This document shows, one piece after another, positions 50,622 to 59,836 of a stretch of 64,000 nt of DNA. A program made the translations under genes and the position numbers. The notes beneath the pieces are model-generated. The model searched no databases. It saw only the letters and a program-made list of their open reading frames with translations, and had not been told where the DNA came from. Every line of letters starts with the position of its first letter. Within the stretch, counting starts at the first letter, position 1. This DNA comes from Clostridia bacterium. GTDB lineage: Bacteria; Bacillota; Clostridia; TANB77; CAG-465. The stretch spans positions 64,001 to 128,000 of the forward strand of contig JAZSNU010000020.1 in the NCBI GenBank assembly GCA_045536565.1, given 5' to 3'.

Positions 50622-51515
50622 ATGAAAACATCAACATATTTGTTTAAACAAGGATATGAAAATTTAAAAAAACATGGTTCAAAAACATTTTCTACTATGT
50701 TAATAATATCTGCTACAATGATTATTTTAGGTATATTTATAATACTAATACAAAATGTAAATCAAAATGTAAAAACTATAACAGAAAGTCAAGGATTGCA
50801 GGCTTTTGTATCGGATGATTATTTAGATAAAGATAATGTAGAGCAAATCGCAAGAAAATTAAAAGATGTTGAAAATGTTAAAGAAATAACATATTTGGAT
50901 AAGGCGGCTGCTTTTGAAGATGCAAAAAGTACATTAAAAGACTATGCATATTTGTTAGATGGATTAGAAAAAGCGAATCCATTCCCAGCATCATTTATTG
51001 TTAAATTTGAAAATTTAGAAGGTACAGAAAATGTAAAAGAAACTATTGAAACAATAGATGGAATATATAAAGTTGGATATAATGAAACAATAATGAATGC
51101 GGTAATGTCAATTTCTGATATTGCAAAAATAGCATTTTTTGGTATTGGCTCAGTTATGATAATAATATCAATATTTATTATATCAAATACTATAAAACTT
51201 GCCGTATATTCAAACAAAAGAGAGATATTTATAATGAGATATATAGGTGCTACTAATTCCTTTATAAGAAGACCGTTTATTGTGGAAGGAACACTTATGG
51301 GGCTAGCATCAGCGGCTATGTCATGGGTGCTTGTATCTTTAACATATATTGCAGCATATGCAAGACTTCCTAAAATAGGTTCGACACTCGGAATATTTGG
51401 TTTTATACCATATTCTCAGCTTTGGTATATAGTACTTGCAGCATTTTTAGTGTTAGGAGTATTCTTAGGAATACTTGGAAGTAGTTTAGCAATTAAAAAA
51501 TATTTAAAAGCATAG
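50622..51515 (+). CDS. ftsX: Cell division permease FtsX
   Basis: 4 TM, NPFPASF, ISNTIKL, IMRYIGAT..FIRRPFIVEG. Confidence 0.95.
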   Translation: MKTSTYLFKQGYENLKKHGSKTFSTMLIISATMIILGIFIILIQNVNQNVKTITESQGLQAFVSDDYLDKDNVEQIARKLKDVENVKEITYLDKAAAFEDAKSTLKDYAYLLDGLEKANPFPASFIVKFENLEGTENVKETIETIDGIYKVGYNETIMNAVMSISDIAKIAFFGIGSVMIIISIFIISNTIKLAVYSNKREIFIMRYIGATNSFIRRPFIVEGTLMGLASAAMSWVLVSLTYIAAYARLPKIGSTLGIFGFIPYSQLWYIVLAAFLVLGVFLGILGSSLAIKKYLKA

Positions 51516-51524
51516 GAGATATAT

Positions 51525-52763
51525 ATGAAAGTATTAAAAAGTATCATGAAACAAAAACTCTATATGTTTCTTCTCATAGTCTTGGTCACAAGTTCAGCAT
51601 TTACCTATGTTTATGCTGATAAGATATCAGATATAAAAGATGACATATCAGATATAAAAGCACAACAATCGGAAACAACAAGAAAATTGGAAGAAGCAGA
51701 ACAAAGTATAAAAAGCTATGAATCCGAACTTTCAGGACTAGATAAAGATATTGAAAAATATGCAGGAGATATTGATAGTTTAAATGGAAGACTAGGTACT
51801 GTAAATGAAGAGGTTGCAGAGCTAGAACATGATCTTCAAAATGCTGCAACAAGTTATCAGGCAACAAAAGATTTACTTAACACTAGACTTAGAGCATTAT
51901 ATGAAAATGGGTTTGTTAACATTTGGGAAGTGTTATTTACTTCAAATGGTATAACTGATTTTTTGGCTAAATATAGTGTTGTAGCCTCTCTTTTAGAATA
52001 TGATAAAAAAGTGCTTAATGCAGTTCAAAGTCAGAAGACATATATAGCAAGTAAAAAACAAGATTCAGAACTTAGAAAATTACAATTAGAACAATTACAA
52101 TACGATTTAGATAAATCAAAAGAAGCCTTAGAAAGTGCAAAACAAGCAAAACAAAGTAAATTAAATCAATTGGAAAACTCTAAAAAAGAACTCGCCGCCC
52201 TTCAAGAAACATTAAAGAAAGATTTAAACGATCAGATTGCAAAATTAAATAGAGAAATGGCAGCTGCTGGTTCAGGTGGTGGAGTATTTGAAGGAGAGTT
52301 TGCATTTCCTGTTGAAATGGTAGGAAAAGCAAAACCAATGGTAACAACAAGGTTTGAACAATGGTATAGCCCATGGTCTACATATTGCACTTGTCATAGT
52401 TGGGGTGTTGACATCACATATACGGATAGTACAAGAAATCTTATTGCTATAGCAGATGGACAAGTAACAAATGTGGTTTATGGGTCAACAGGATTTGGTT
52501 ATTATATTATCATAAATCATGGAAAGAGTTTATCAGATGGAGCTACATATGTAAGTAGATATGCGCACTGTGCTAGAATTGATGTAAAAGTAGGAGATAA
52601 AGTTACAAGAGGACAGGTTATCGGAAGAATGGGAACAACAGGTAACTCAACGGGTGTACACTTGGATTTCTCACTTTCAAAGAATGGTAAATATGTAAAT
52701 TCACTAGATTATTATGGCGGATATAACGCATTTAGACATATTTATACAGAAAGTTGTAAATAA
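51525..52763 (+). CDS. Coiled-coil M23 peptidase (EnvC/CwlO-like FtsEX partner)
   Basis: Signal peptide, long coiled coil with RLRALYENG, YAHC, GTTGNSTGVHLDF. Confidence 0.88.
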   Translation: MKVLKSIMKQKLYMFLLIVLVTSSAFTYVYADKISDIKDDISDIKAQQSETTRKLEEAEQSIKSYESELSGLDKDIEKYAGDIDSLNGRLGTVNEEVAELEHDLQNAATSYQATKDLLNTRLRALYENGFVNIWEVLFTSNGITDFLAKYSVVASLLEYDKKVLNAVQSQKTYIASKKQDSELRKLQLEQLQYDLDKSKEALESAKQAKQSKLNQLENSKKELAALQETLKKDLNDQIAKLNREMAAAGSGGGVFEGEFAFPVEMVGKAKPMVTTRFEQWYSPWSTYCTCHSWGVDITYTDSTRNLIAIADGQVTNVVYGSTGFGYYIIINHGKSLSDGATYVSRYAHCARIDVKVGDKVTRGQVIGRMGTTGNSTGVHLDFSLSKNGKYVNSLDYYGGYNAFRHIYTESCK

Positions 52764-52780
52764 TAAATATATGAGGATAA

Positions 52781-52811
52781 AATAAAAGACCAGCATTTGC
52801 TGGTCTTTATT
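52781..52811. terminator. Bidirectional terminator
   Basis: aataaaagaccagca/tgctggtctttatt. Confidence 0.8.
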
Positions 52812-52818
52812 GGAATAT

Positions 52819-53157
52819 TTAAGCACACTCTTTTGCAATACGCTTTAATTCATTCCATTTGCTTTCAAAGGCTACTGGATAGTCCCAATTTGAAAAAGGT
52901 ACATACATGCCACGGCTTGTAAAACCATTTTCCTGAAGAATATCCATAAACTGTTTAGTATAAGGAATAACATGTAAAGTGCCATCTGTGAAGAATGAAA
53001 TTATACCGTTATTCGTGTTGTAGGTGCTTTCAACAAGGTTAGATGCGTCAACAGTAAGTATTTCCTCTTGGTTTAATTGTGGCCATCTTACCTTAATTGG
53101 ATGGGTAATTGCGATAGCTGTTTCTTTGAGTTCTGTGAGTGTTTTAATTGTTTTCAT
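52819..53157 (-). CDS. Hypothetical protein with structured 5' leader
   Basis: 112 aa, doubled AAGGAG SD, TTGCTT-17-TATAAT promoter at 53312-53284. Confidence 0.75.
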   Translation of the reverse strand: MKTIKTLTELKETAIAITHPIKVRWPQLNQEEILTVDASNLVESTYNTNNGIISFFTDGTLHVIPYTKQFMDILQENGFTSRGMYVPFSNWDYPVAFESKWNELKRIAKECA

Positions 53158-53396
53158 AATGTTTTCTCCTTTTCTCCTTCATGCTTTGCATGAGTTCTAA
53201 TATAATCATATATATAATCAGGTTTCCCTGTTATTTTCCTGTTGTTTAGTATAACAACATCTTAATATGTTTAAGATAGTTATATTATACCATATTTTAC
53301 ATAAAAAAGCAAATTTCGTTAAATATCAAAGAGATTATTCTTTGTCGAATTTTGAATATAATAGTTTTTGTGTCATATTTTGAAACACGGTTTTTG

Positions 53397-53425
53397 TTGA
53401 CAAGCAAGGATTACCATGTTAAAGT
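53397..53425 (+). promoter_or_regulatory. Sigma-A promoter of Tad-like operon
   Basis: TTGACA-17-TAAAGT with extended -10 TG; covers the ORF-track ATG 53416, so that start is unlikely. Confidence 0.65.
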
Positions 53426-53448
53426 ATAGACATAGAGGAGGTGGTTGT

Positions 53449-54273
53449 ATCTATGAAATAATATGTATGGGTATATTCACAATAATTATATATAAAGTGT
53501 TAGATAAATATTTAATTGAGCAGAAAGGAAAAATTATAATAGGAAAGATCAATTTAGATAACAATCTTAATATAACCAGAATGCCTACATGTATAAAAAA
53601 ATATTTATCGAATATTCATAAAAAATTATTTAATATAAGTAATCCATATGGATTAAGTCTAAAAAAATATATATTAATAAAATATGTTTTTTCATTTATG
53701 TTTTTTATCGTATCGATTATTAATAAAAATAGTATTTTAGTATCTTTAATTATTACAATCTTTACACATTTTATACCTAATTTGTTAATTTATATGTTTA
53801 AGAAAAACGAAAGAGTTTATGTTATAAAAAATCTAAGAAATATTGTAAATAGTATGGTTATATCTTTGTCTGCATCACTTACATTAGAGTCAGCATTAAA
53901 AAGCAGTATAGATGCAATTGAATATAAAAGGTTAAAAGAGGAATTTGAAACTTTTATAGATAAATATAAAACATATGGATATAACATGAGAAAAGCCATT
54001 AATTCTCTTAAAGAAAAATTTAATTACTATGAAATTGAACTCTTTATATCGACACTCTTAAATGCAGAAAATGATGGTAATATTATTAAAAGTTTAGAAA
54101 AGTATAATATGGTTTTAGATATAAGTTATTCTAAATATTTGGCTAAGGAAAATTCAAAAAGAGTTCTTTACCTTACATTAGGAACGGTACTGGCACTTGT
54201 AAATATAATAATTATTGTAATGTATCCTATGTTTATAGAAGTAGCAGAAAATCTGCAAGTGATATTTAGTTAG
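53449..54273 (+). CDS. TadB/TadC (GspF/T2SSF domain) pilus platform protein; start uncertain (ATC 53449 or ATG 53467)
   Basis: TMs, SLSASLTLESAL...LKEEF...ELFISTLLNAENDGNIIKSL, C-terminal TM IVMYP. Confidence 0.75.
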   Translation: MYEIICMGIFTIIIYKVLDKYLIEQKGKIIIGKINLDNNLNITRMPTCIKKYLSNIHKKLFNISNPYGLSLKKYILIKYVFSFMFFIVSIINKNSILVSLIITIFTHFIPNLLIYMFKKNERVYVIKNLRNIVNSMVISLSASLTLESALKSSIDAIEYKRLKEEFETFIDKYKTYGYNMRKAINSLKEKFNYYEIELFISTLLNAENDGNIIKSLEKYNMVLDISYSKYLAKENSKRVLYLTLGTVLALVNIIIIVMYPMFIEVAENLQVIFS

Positions 54274-54284
54274 GAGGAAAAAAT

Positions 54285-54518
54285 TTGAAAAAAGTATTAT
54301 TAGTAGTAAAAAACGGAAAAAAGAAAGAAGAAAAAATAAAAAATAATTTAAATAGTAAAAGAGGTTCAGAACTTGCTCAAACAGTTCTTATAACAGCAAT
54401 TATGATTATGCTTATTGCAGCGTTATTCTTTCCTCAAATAAAAGGACTCTTCCAAACAGCAATGACTGAAATTACAACTTGGTTTAATACCATTATTGGT
54501 GATATATCAGCAACATAA
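54285..54518 (+). CDS. Flp-type prepilin
   Basis: Basic leader ending KRG, then SELAQ, hydrophobic helix and short amphipathic tail; 77 aa. Confidence 0.7.
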   Translation: MKKVLLVVKNGKKKEEKIKNNLNSKRGSELAQTVLITAIMIMLIAALFFPQIKGLFQTAMTEITTWFNTIIGDISAT

Positions 54519-54537
54519 ATAATATAAGGAGAAAAAA

Positions 54538-55182
54538 TTGAATAATATAAAGAAAATAACAATTGCATTTTTAATAGCATTAATTGTTGTAGTATTAGTA
54601 GAAATAACATGGAATAAATTTGGGATAAAACAAACAAATATATATGTTGCAGTAAAGGAAATATATAAAGGAGAAAAAATACTAGAAGATGATGTCAAAA
54701 AAATATCTTTAAATGCAACGGAAGGTATAAGTAAATATACAAATAGTGATATAGTAGGAAAGATTGCCAAGAATAATATTTCGTCTGATAAGATTGTATC
54801 AAAGGGAGATGTTACCGCAAACAAATTAGAAATAGAAGATGAGGAAAGTTATGAATATATAACAATAGAGGTAAAAAGTATAAGTGACTCTCTTGCATAT
54901 CAGATAAAAAAAGGAGATTATATAAATGTATATTATACAACTAAAAATAGAAAACTAGAGAATTTATTTATAAACAAACGAGAAGTACTTCAAAATAATT
55001 TAAGCATTACATACAGAATATTTGAAAATACAAAGGTGATAGGCCTATATAATACAGTAGGTCAAGAAGTAAAAAATGGTAATCAATATAATGGGATAAT
55101 GCTTAGAGTCAAAAAGCAAGATGCACTATTTGTATCGAATATAAAAGATGAAGGTGTATTTACAACATCTATATTAAAATAA
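54538..55182 (+). CDS. CpaB/RcpC-like SAF domain pilus assembly protein
   Basis: VAVKEIYKGEKILEDDV...IVGKIAKNNI (SAF), IKKGDYINVY, IFENTKVIG. Confidence 0.8.
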   Translation: MNNIKKITIAFLIALIVVVLVEITWNKFGIKQTNIYVAVKEIYKGEKILEDDVKKISLNATEGISKYTNSDIVGKIAKNNISSDKIVSKGDVTANKLEIEDEESYEYITIEVKSISDSLAYQIKKGDYINVYYTTKNRKLENLFINKREVLQNNLSITYRIFENTKVIGLYNTVGQEVKNGNQYNGIMLRVKKQDALFVSNIKDEGVFTTSILK

Positions 55183-55194
55183 TGGAGGTATAGT

Positions 55195-55557
55195 TTGAAA
55201 ATAGCATTTATTAATTCAGAGAAATATTCCAAGTATAATGATAAAATAAAAGAAATTGTAGAAAATGTTAATAATAGGTTAGTAAAAAATATGCAGCAAG
55301 CAGAAGTAAATCAAGTAGCAATAGGAACAAGGAAAAAATATGATTTATATTTTGTAATAACAGATGATATAGAAGATTTTAATCTGGTTTGTCTAAAAAT
55401 AAAACCTAAAATAAATCCAGTATTAATCACTAAAAATCTAGAAGAAAAATTTATTAGGTCAGTTATATTCTCAGTAAAAGATATATTATACATTGATAAT
55501 AGTATTGAAGTTATAACAAATAGAATAGCAAGTATTATAGGAAAAACATATGTATAA
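55195..55557 (+). CDS. Hypothetical protein, possible degenerate receiver (CpaE/TadZ N-terminal-like)
   Basis: 120 aa alpha/beta pattern MKIAFI...YDLYFVITDD...PVLIT; position in operon. Confidence 0.45.
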   Translation: MKIAFINSEKYSKYNDKIKEIVENVNNRLVKNMQQAEVNQVAIGTRKKYDLYFVITDDIEDFNLVCLKIKPKINPVLITKNLEEKFIRSVIFSVKDILYIDNSIEVITNRIASIIGKTYV

Positions 55558-56110
55558 AAAACAGAACAAGTATATTTTAGTCATAATGTTTTTTGTAGGT
55601 ATTCTTTTTATAGCTGGTTTTGTCAAAACATTTTTTAGTTATAACGATAAATTTATTGATACCACAAATATGTCTATATATAGAATAGATAATAGTATAT
55701 CTAAAAATATTACATCAAGACAAATATTGCGTAAGGATAATGTTGTTTTTGTAGGAAATAGCAAAAAAGAAATTGAAAATGGATACTATGATCTAAAAAT
55801 AATGTTAGAAGATAGAAATGTTAAGTTATATATAAATAAATTGTGGAAAGTATTTAATCAATCATTATATGAAAAAGATTATGTGCGTGAGGTAATAAAC
55901 AGTGTATTTGATATTTTTGAGATTAATCAAAAAAAACAAAAAGAATGTTTAATACAATATATTACTAATGGATATTTAGTTAGTAAAGGAGTAAATAAGG
56001 AAAATAGTAGTAATGAACAAATATATATAGATAAAATTAGAATTAAATCAGAAATAGTAGATAGCGAATTGATTTTGAATATTTGTAAAGAGGTGAAGTG
56101 TGAAAGTTAA
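55550..56110 (+). CDS. Membrane-anchored hypothetical protein in Tad-like operon
   Basis: N-terminal TM, overlaps both neighbours. Confidence 0.6.
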   Translation: MYKKQNKYILVIMFFVGILFIAGFVKTFFSYNDKFIDTTNMSIYRIDNSISKNITSRQILRKDNVVFVGNSKKEIENGYYDLKIMLEDRNVKLYINKLWKVFNQSLYEKDYVREVINSVFDIFEINQKKQKECLIQYITNGYLVSKGVNKENSSNEQIYIDKIRIKSEIVDSELILNICKEVKCES

Positions 56111-57710
56111 GAATATAAAACTTGCAATTTCAACATTGTGCATGTGTATAATGTGCATAACTTCCAACAAAATATATGGAATAAGCGAAGATTTTAAATT
56201 TGTAATAGATACAATAGGTATACCTAGATATAATGTATATGGAAAAGAGATTAATGAGGAAGTATATAAAGCATATAATATTTTTTCTTATGGCTGGCCA
56301 GAAGAATTGGGTGCAGATATAGGGCAAAGATGGAAAGGTTCAAAATATGGTTTATGGGCACAAGGAATAGGGGAATATACTGGAAGTGGAACAAGAGGAG
56401 AATATAATTTGCTTGGTAAAGATTATAGTGGGAATATCATTAATAATTATTATTTTCCTGTGGATTTTATTCCTACAGATACACCAGAATATTGGGAGTA
56501 CTGTGTTAATCCTGGTGCAATAGAATCTTGGAATGATAAAAACAAATACAAATATGTTGAACAATTAGAATATATGAAAAATACCAAATTGCTTTTTAAT
56601 GATATTTCAAGTAGAGATAATGCAGATAATCCAGATATGATGAGAGAATATAACATAAGAGCATCACAAATTGGGTTAGATAAGGCAAGATTAGATGTGT
56701 GTTCCACATGGAAAACAAATGGTATGATTTATGTTAAAAGAAGAGTAGGAAATAGTACTAGGTATGCAGTTTTTTTAACGAATCCTATGGCTTCTGATGC
56801 AAAAATTAAAGCATATATAGATAATGTAAGACTAAGTATGACTATGTATAAAAAACAGGACGAAATAAGAATACCAATAAGTTATGGTGCAAACATAGAA
56901 AACATGAATGGGTATGCTAAGAAAGAACATATAAAAGAAATAAAATCTGAGTTATATATTAATGGGAAGGTAGTGGATGAAATAAGTGGCAGTAAAATAG
57001 ATACAGTGGGTAAAAAATATGTATTAAAGTTATCCAGAGAAGAGTTAAATGAAAATGAGTACAATATAATAGAAATTAAAAATAAAAGTTATGCACATAC
57101 TGAATTTGCAGTGGATGGTCTCATGCAAAGCAGTAAAACTATAACGATAAGAGTATTTGTAGAGAAAAAAGAAGATATCCCCTTTAATTTTGATAGTGTA
57201 AAAGTTTTAGAAAAAGAAAATGATAATCTGGTTGTAAGACCACTTGCCCAATTTAATTCGTCGGAAGAAAGTTTCGGAATAACAGAAGCAGGAAAATATT
57301 TAGCAGTAAAATTTAATATTAATGATAAACTAAAATATGAAGATTTACAGGATATTGCATTATACTTAAATGATGAAAGAATAGATAGTTTTGAAACTAA
57401 AAGGTCTGATAATAGTAATGCTTGTTGTGTGATTTTTAGAATACCTACATACACAGATTCTACCATATTTGGTTGGAAGAGTTTAAGGCAGCTTTATGGT
57501 AATTATTTTAGTATTGATGAAACCCAGATAGGAAAAAGAATAAACAATGCACATGAGTTTGTGATAAAAGTAAAGTATAATGACAAGGAATATAGTGTAA
57601 GTTGCAACTTTGATACAATAGATGATTATGTCACTAATATTAATTATAGATATGATGGCGCTAAAAATAATAATGAGATGGTATTGTTTTCGGAGTGGTT
57701 AGAAGAATGA
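56100..57710 (+). CDS. Secreted protein (Athe_2463-like N-terminal domain), candidate adhesin
   Basis: Signal peptide; GKEINEEVY...YGWP...GEYNLLGKDYSG...NYYFPVD; beta-rich C-terminus. Confidence 0.6.
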   Translation: MKVKNIKLAISTLCMCIMCITSNKIYGISEDFKFVIDTIGIPRYNVYGKEINEEVYKAYNIFSYGWPEELGADIGQRWKGSKYGLWAQGIGEYTGSGTRGEYNLLGKDYSGNIINNYYFPVDFIPTDTPEYWEYCVNPGAIESWNDKNKYKYVEQLEYMKNTKLLFNDISSRDNADNPDMMREYNIRASQIGLDKARLDVCSTWKTNGMIYVKRRVGNSTRYAVFLTNPMASDAKIKAYIDNVRLSMTMYKKQDEIRIPISYGANIENMNGYAKKEHIKEIKSELYINGKVVDEISGSKIDTVGKKYVLKLSREELNENEYNIIEIKNKSYAHTEFAVDGLMQSSKTITIRVFVEKKEDIPFNFDSVKVLEKENDNLVVRPLAQFNSSEESFGITEAGKYLAVKFNINDKLKYEDLQDIALYLNDERIDSFETKRSDNSNACCVIFRIPTYTDSTIFGWKSLRQLYGNYFSIDETQIGKRINNAHEFVIKVKYNDKEYSVSCNFDTIDDYVTNINYRYDGAKNNNEMVLFSEWLEE

Positions 57711-58192
57711 AAAGATTAAAAAGAGGAAATATAACTTTAATGTTATTTCCTATTGGTGTAATGTTATTAATTATAATACTTATTTCAATTGCCTTTTTAT
57801 ACATTCAAATAATAGTTAAAATACATGATATTAAATCTAATTTGTTTTATATAGTATCATCTAGTGTTCAAAAAGACACATTAGAAAATTTATCATATAG
57901 GGAATACCTAATTGATAGTGAAAAAATAAAAGAAAAGATAAACTTTTTACTTAATAAAAATTATTTAAAAGAAAATACTAACAATGGAATAATAGCCATA
58001 GAGTGCGAAGAGGTAAGGCTAGTAAAAAATGAAGGTGATACTATTAAGCATACAAATGGTAAATATAATTTTCCGATAATATGTGTAAATATACGAGTAG
58101 AGTTTAAACCAGTAATAAGCATAATAGGTGATAGGTTAAATATTAAAATACATGAAGATATTAAATTTAACCTTTTAGAATTTAGTAATTAG
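57707..58192 (+). CDS. TadE/TadG-like minor pilin
   Basis: KRG followed by long hydrophobic helix; ATGA coupling. Confidence 0.6.
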   Translation: MKRLKRGNITLMLFPIGVMLLIIILISIAFLYIQIIVKIHDIKSNLFYIVSSSVQKDTLENLSYREYLIDSEKIKEKINFLLNKNYLKENTNNGIIAIECEEVRLVKNEGDTIKHTNGKYNFPIICVNIRVEFKPVISIIGDRLNIKIHEDIKFNLLEFSN

Positions 58193-58210
58193 CGAAAGGA
58201 AATATAATAT

Positions 58211-58624
58211 ATGGATAAGATAAATAAAAAAGGAAATACTGTACTCACCATGCCTTTTGTTATTATAATATCACTTACAATAATTATACTGTTTTCTGTA
58301 TTTGCGATTAATATGATTATGCCATTTATATGGTATGAAAAGTTGCAACATATAAGTTATAAATATATGTATGTTATTGAAAAGTATGGGTATTTAACAG
58401 AAGATGAAAAGGAAAGCCTTATAGAAGAATTAGATAGACATGGATTTGATAAAGAGGAAATAAAAGTAGAAGCACCTACTCAGCCATTAGGATATGGAAA
58501 TATAATTGAGTTTAATATTAAATATAATTATAAACAAAAACTTCCTTTGTGGGAAGGAAGTTTAAAAATGGTTACGAAAGATATACCTATAAATGTAAAT
58601 AAAACCATTATATCGAAGATTTAA
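58211..58624 (+). CDS. TadE-like (DUF4320-like) minor pilin
   Basis: KKG plus hydrophobic helix; IEKYGYLT, YGNIIEFNIKY. Confidence 0.65.
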   Translation: MDKINKKGNTVLTMPFVIIISLTIIILFSVFAINMIMPFIWYEKLQHISYKYMYVIEKYGYLTEDEKESLIEELDRHGFDKEEIKVEAPTQPLGYGNIIEFNIKYNYKQKLPLWEGSLKMVTKDIPINVNKTIISKI

Positions 58625-58628
58625 TAAG

Positions 58629-59234
58629 TTATATTTTACTAAGTTTTTGAAGTGCTCTTTTATCTATTATTAATTTTGCCTTTTCTTTGATTAGTGTTTT
58701 ATACATATCAGTAGCAAAAAAATCTTCTGAATATTCCGAAAGTATAACGAATGTTTTTAAGAATTTCTTGTTTTTAATGGAAGAATCAGAGAATAATATA
58801 AAATATGAATCCTCATATTTGTATAATGAGTTGGTTCCCATAAATGTATTTTCTGCTATAAGTTTTGAGCACGCTTCAAATATTTTATCAATATTATCAA
58901 ATTTATAAATTGAACTTGCAACTGTATATTCAATTTTTGAACTTGTTTTTCTGCTTTTTTTAGGTGTATATTTAGAAAGTTCTGGTATATAATCTATTTT
59001 TGTTATAGTCACAACAAAAAGATTTTCATTATCAGATGAAGCCTCTACAAATAACTGAGAATCATCCAATATGAAGTCTTCGTTTAGATCGGTTTCTTCT
59101 AATAAGTCTAAAAATAAATCTTGTGCTCTATTTGAATCTTGCTCTATATCCTTTAATGATATTTGTCTTTGAGACAATTCATCTATTGTTAAAGTTATTT
59201 TTACTTTGTTTTCATTAATCTTCTCTATTTTCAA
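58629..59234 (-). CDS. mecA: ClpC adaptor MecA
   Basis: MKIEKINENKVKITLTIDEL, SLYKYEDSYF, LSEY, KAKLIIDKRAL. Confidence 0.88.
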   Translation of the reverse strand: MKIEKINENKVKITLTIDELSQRQISLKDIEQDSNRAQDLFLDLLEETDLNEDFILDDSQLFVEASSDNENLFVVTITKIDYIPELSKYTPKKSRKTSSKIEYTVASSIYKFDNIDKIFEACSKLIAENTFMGTNSLYKYEDSYFILFSDSSIKNKKFLKTFVILSEYSEDFFATDMYKTLIKEKAKLIIDKRALQKLSKI

Positions 59235-59456
59235 GAAAATCTACTCCTTTCAAGGGGAAATAATATCTAGTTTAAGTATATGTATTATATGATTAAATGG
59301 TTACACTGTCAAGGCTTAGGCTAAGCAGTATTTATAGTATTTGTAGAAAGAAAAAAAGTATACAAATAAAATATAAAAATAGAAAATATTGTAAAAGTAA
59401 TAAAAAGTTTATTTGGAAAAGTTGAAAATGTCAAACTTTTATGCTATAATATACCA

Positions 59457-59516
59457 AGTTAATTTCCTTACTCTCACAAAAGGTGAGGGTCATAAGTCCA
59501 TGAGGAGGTGAAGAAA
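59457..59516 (+). promoter_or_regulatory. Putative S6:S18 ribosomal protein leader
   Basis: After TTGAAA-17-TATAAT; hairpins actctcac/gtgagggt and tcat/atga, 5' ttcctt complementary to SD; upstream of rpsF. Confidence 0.55.
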
Positions 59517-59795
59517 GTGAACGCATACGAAGCAGTAATAATATTAACTAAGAAAATTTCTGATGAACAAGCAGAAGAAGTAAAAAACAAAATATCTGAT
59601 TTAATTTCTTCAAACGGAGAAGTAGTAAGCGTAGATGATTGGGGAATGAAAAAACTTGCATATGAAATTAAGAAAGAACAAGAAGGTCACTATTATTTAT
59701 ACACATTTAATAGCAACCCAGAATTTATAAGCGAGTTTGAAAGAGTACTAAGAATCGAAGATAGTGTTTTGAAACACATGGTTATAAAAAAATAA
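59517..59795 (+). CDS. rpsF: 30S ribosomal protein S6
   Basis: YEAVII, WGMKKLAYEIKK, EGHYYL; GTG start. Confidence 0.97.
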   Translation: MNAYEAVIILTKKISDEQAEEVKNKISDLISSNGEVVSVDDWGMKKLAYEIKKEQEGHYYLYTFNSNPEFISEFERVLRIEDSVLKHMVIKK

Positions 59796-59836
59796 GTAAA
59801 TAATAAATTGTTTAAGACCAAAGGAGGTCAAAGTAT

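Noticed and set aside
53343-53349. Spo0A box TGTCGAA upstream of the Tad-like operon
   Set aside because: Single heptamer; the same word (as TTCGACA) also occurs inside coding regions near 12202, 48531 and 51381, so it is not significant alone.
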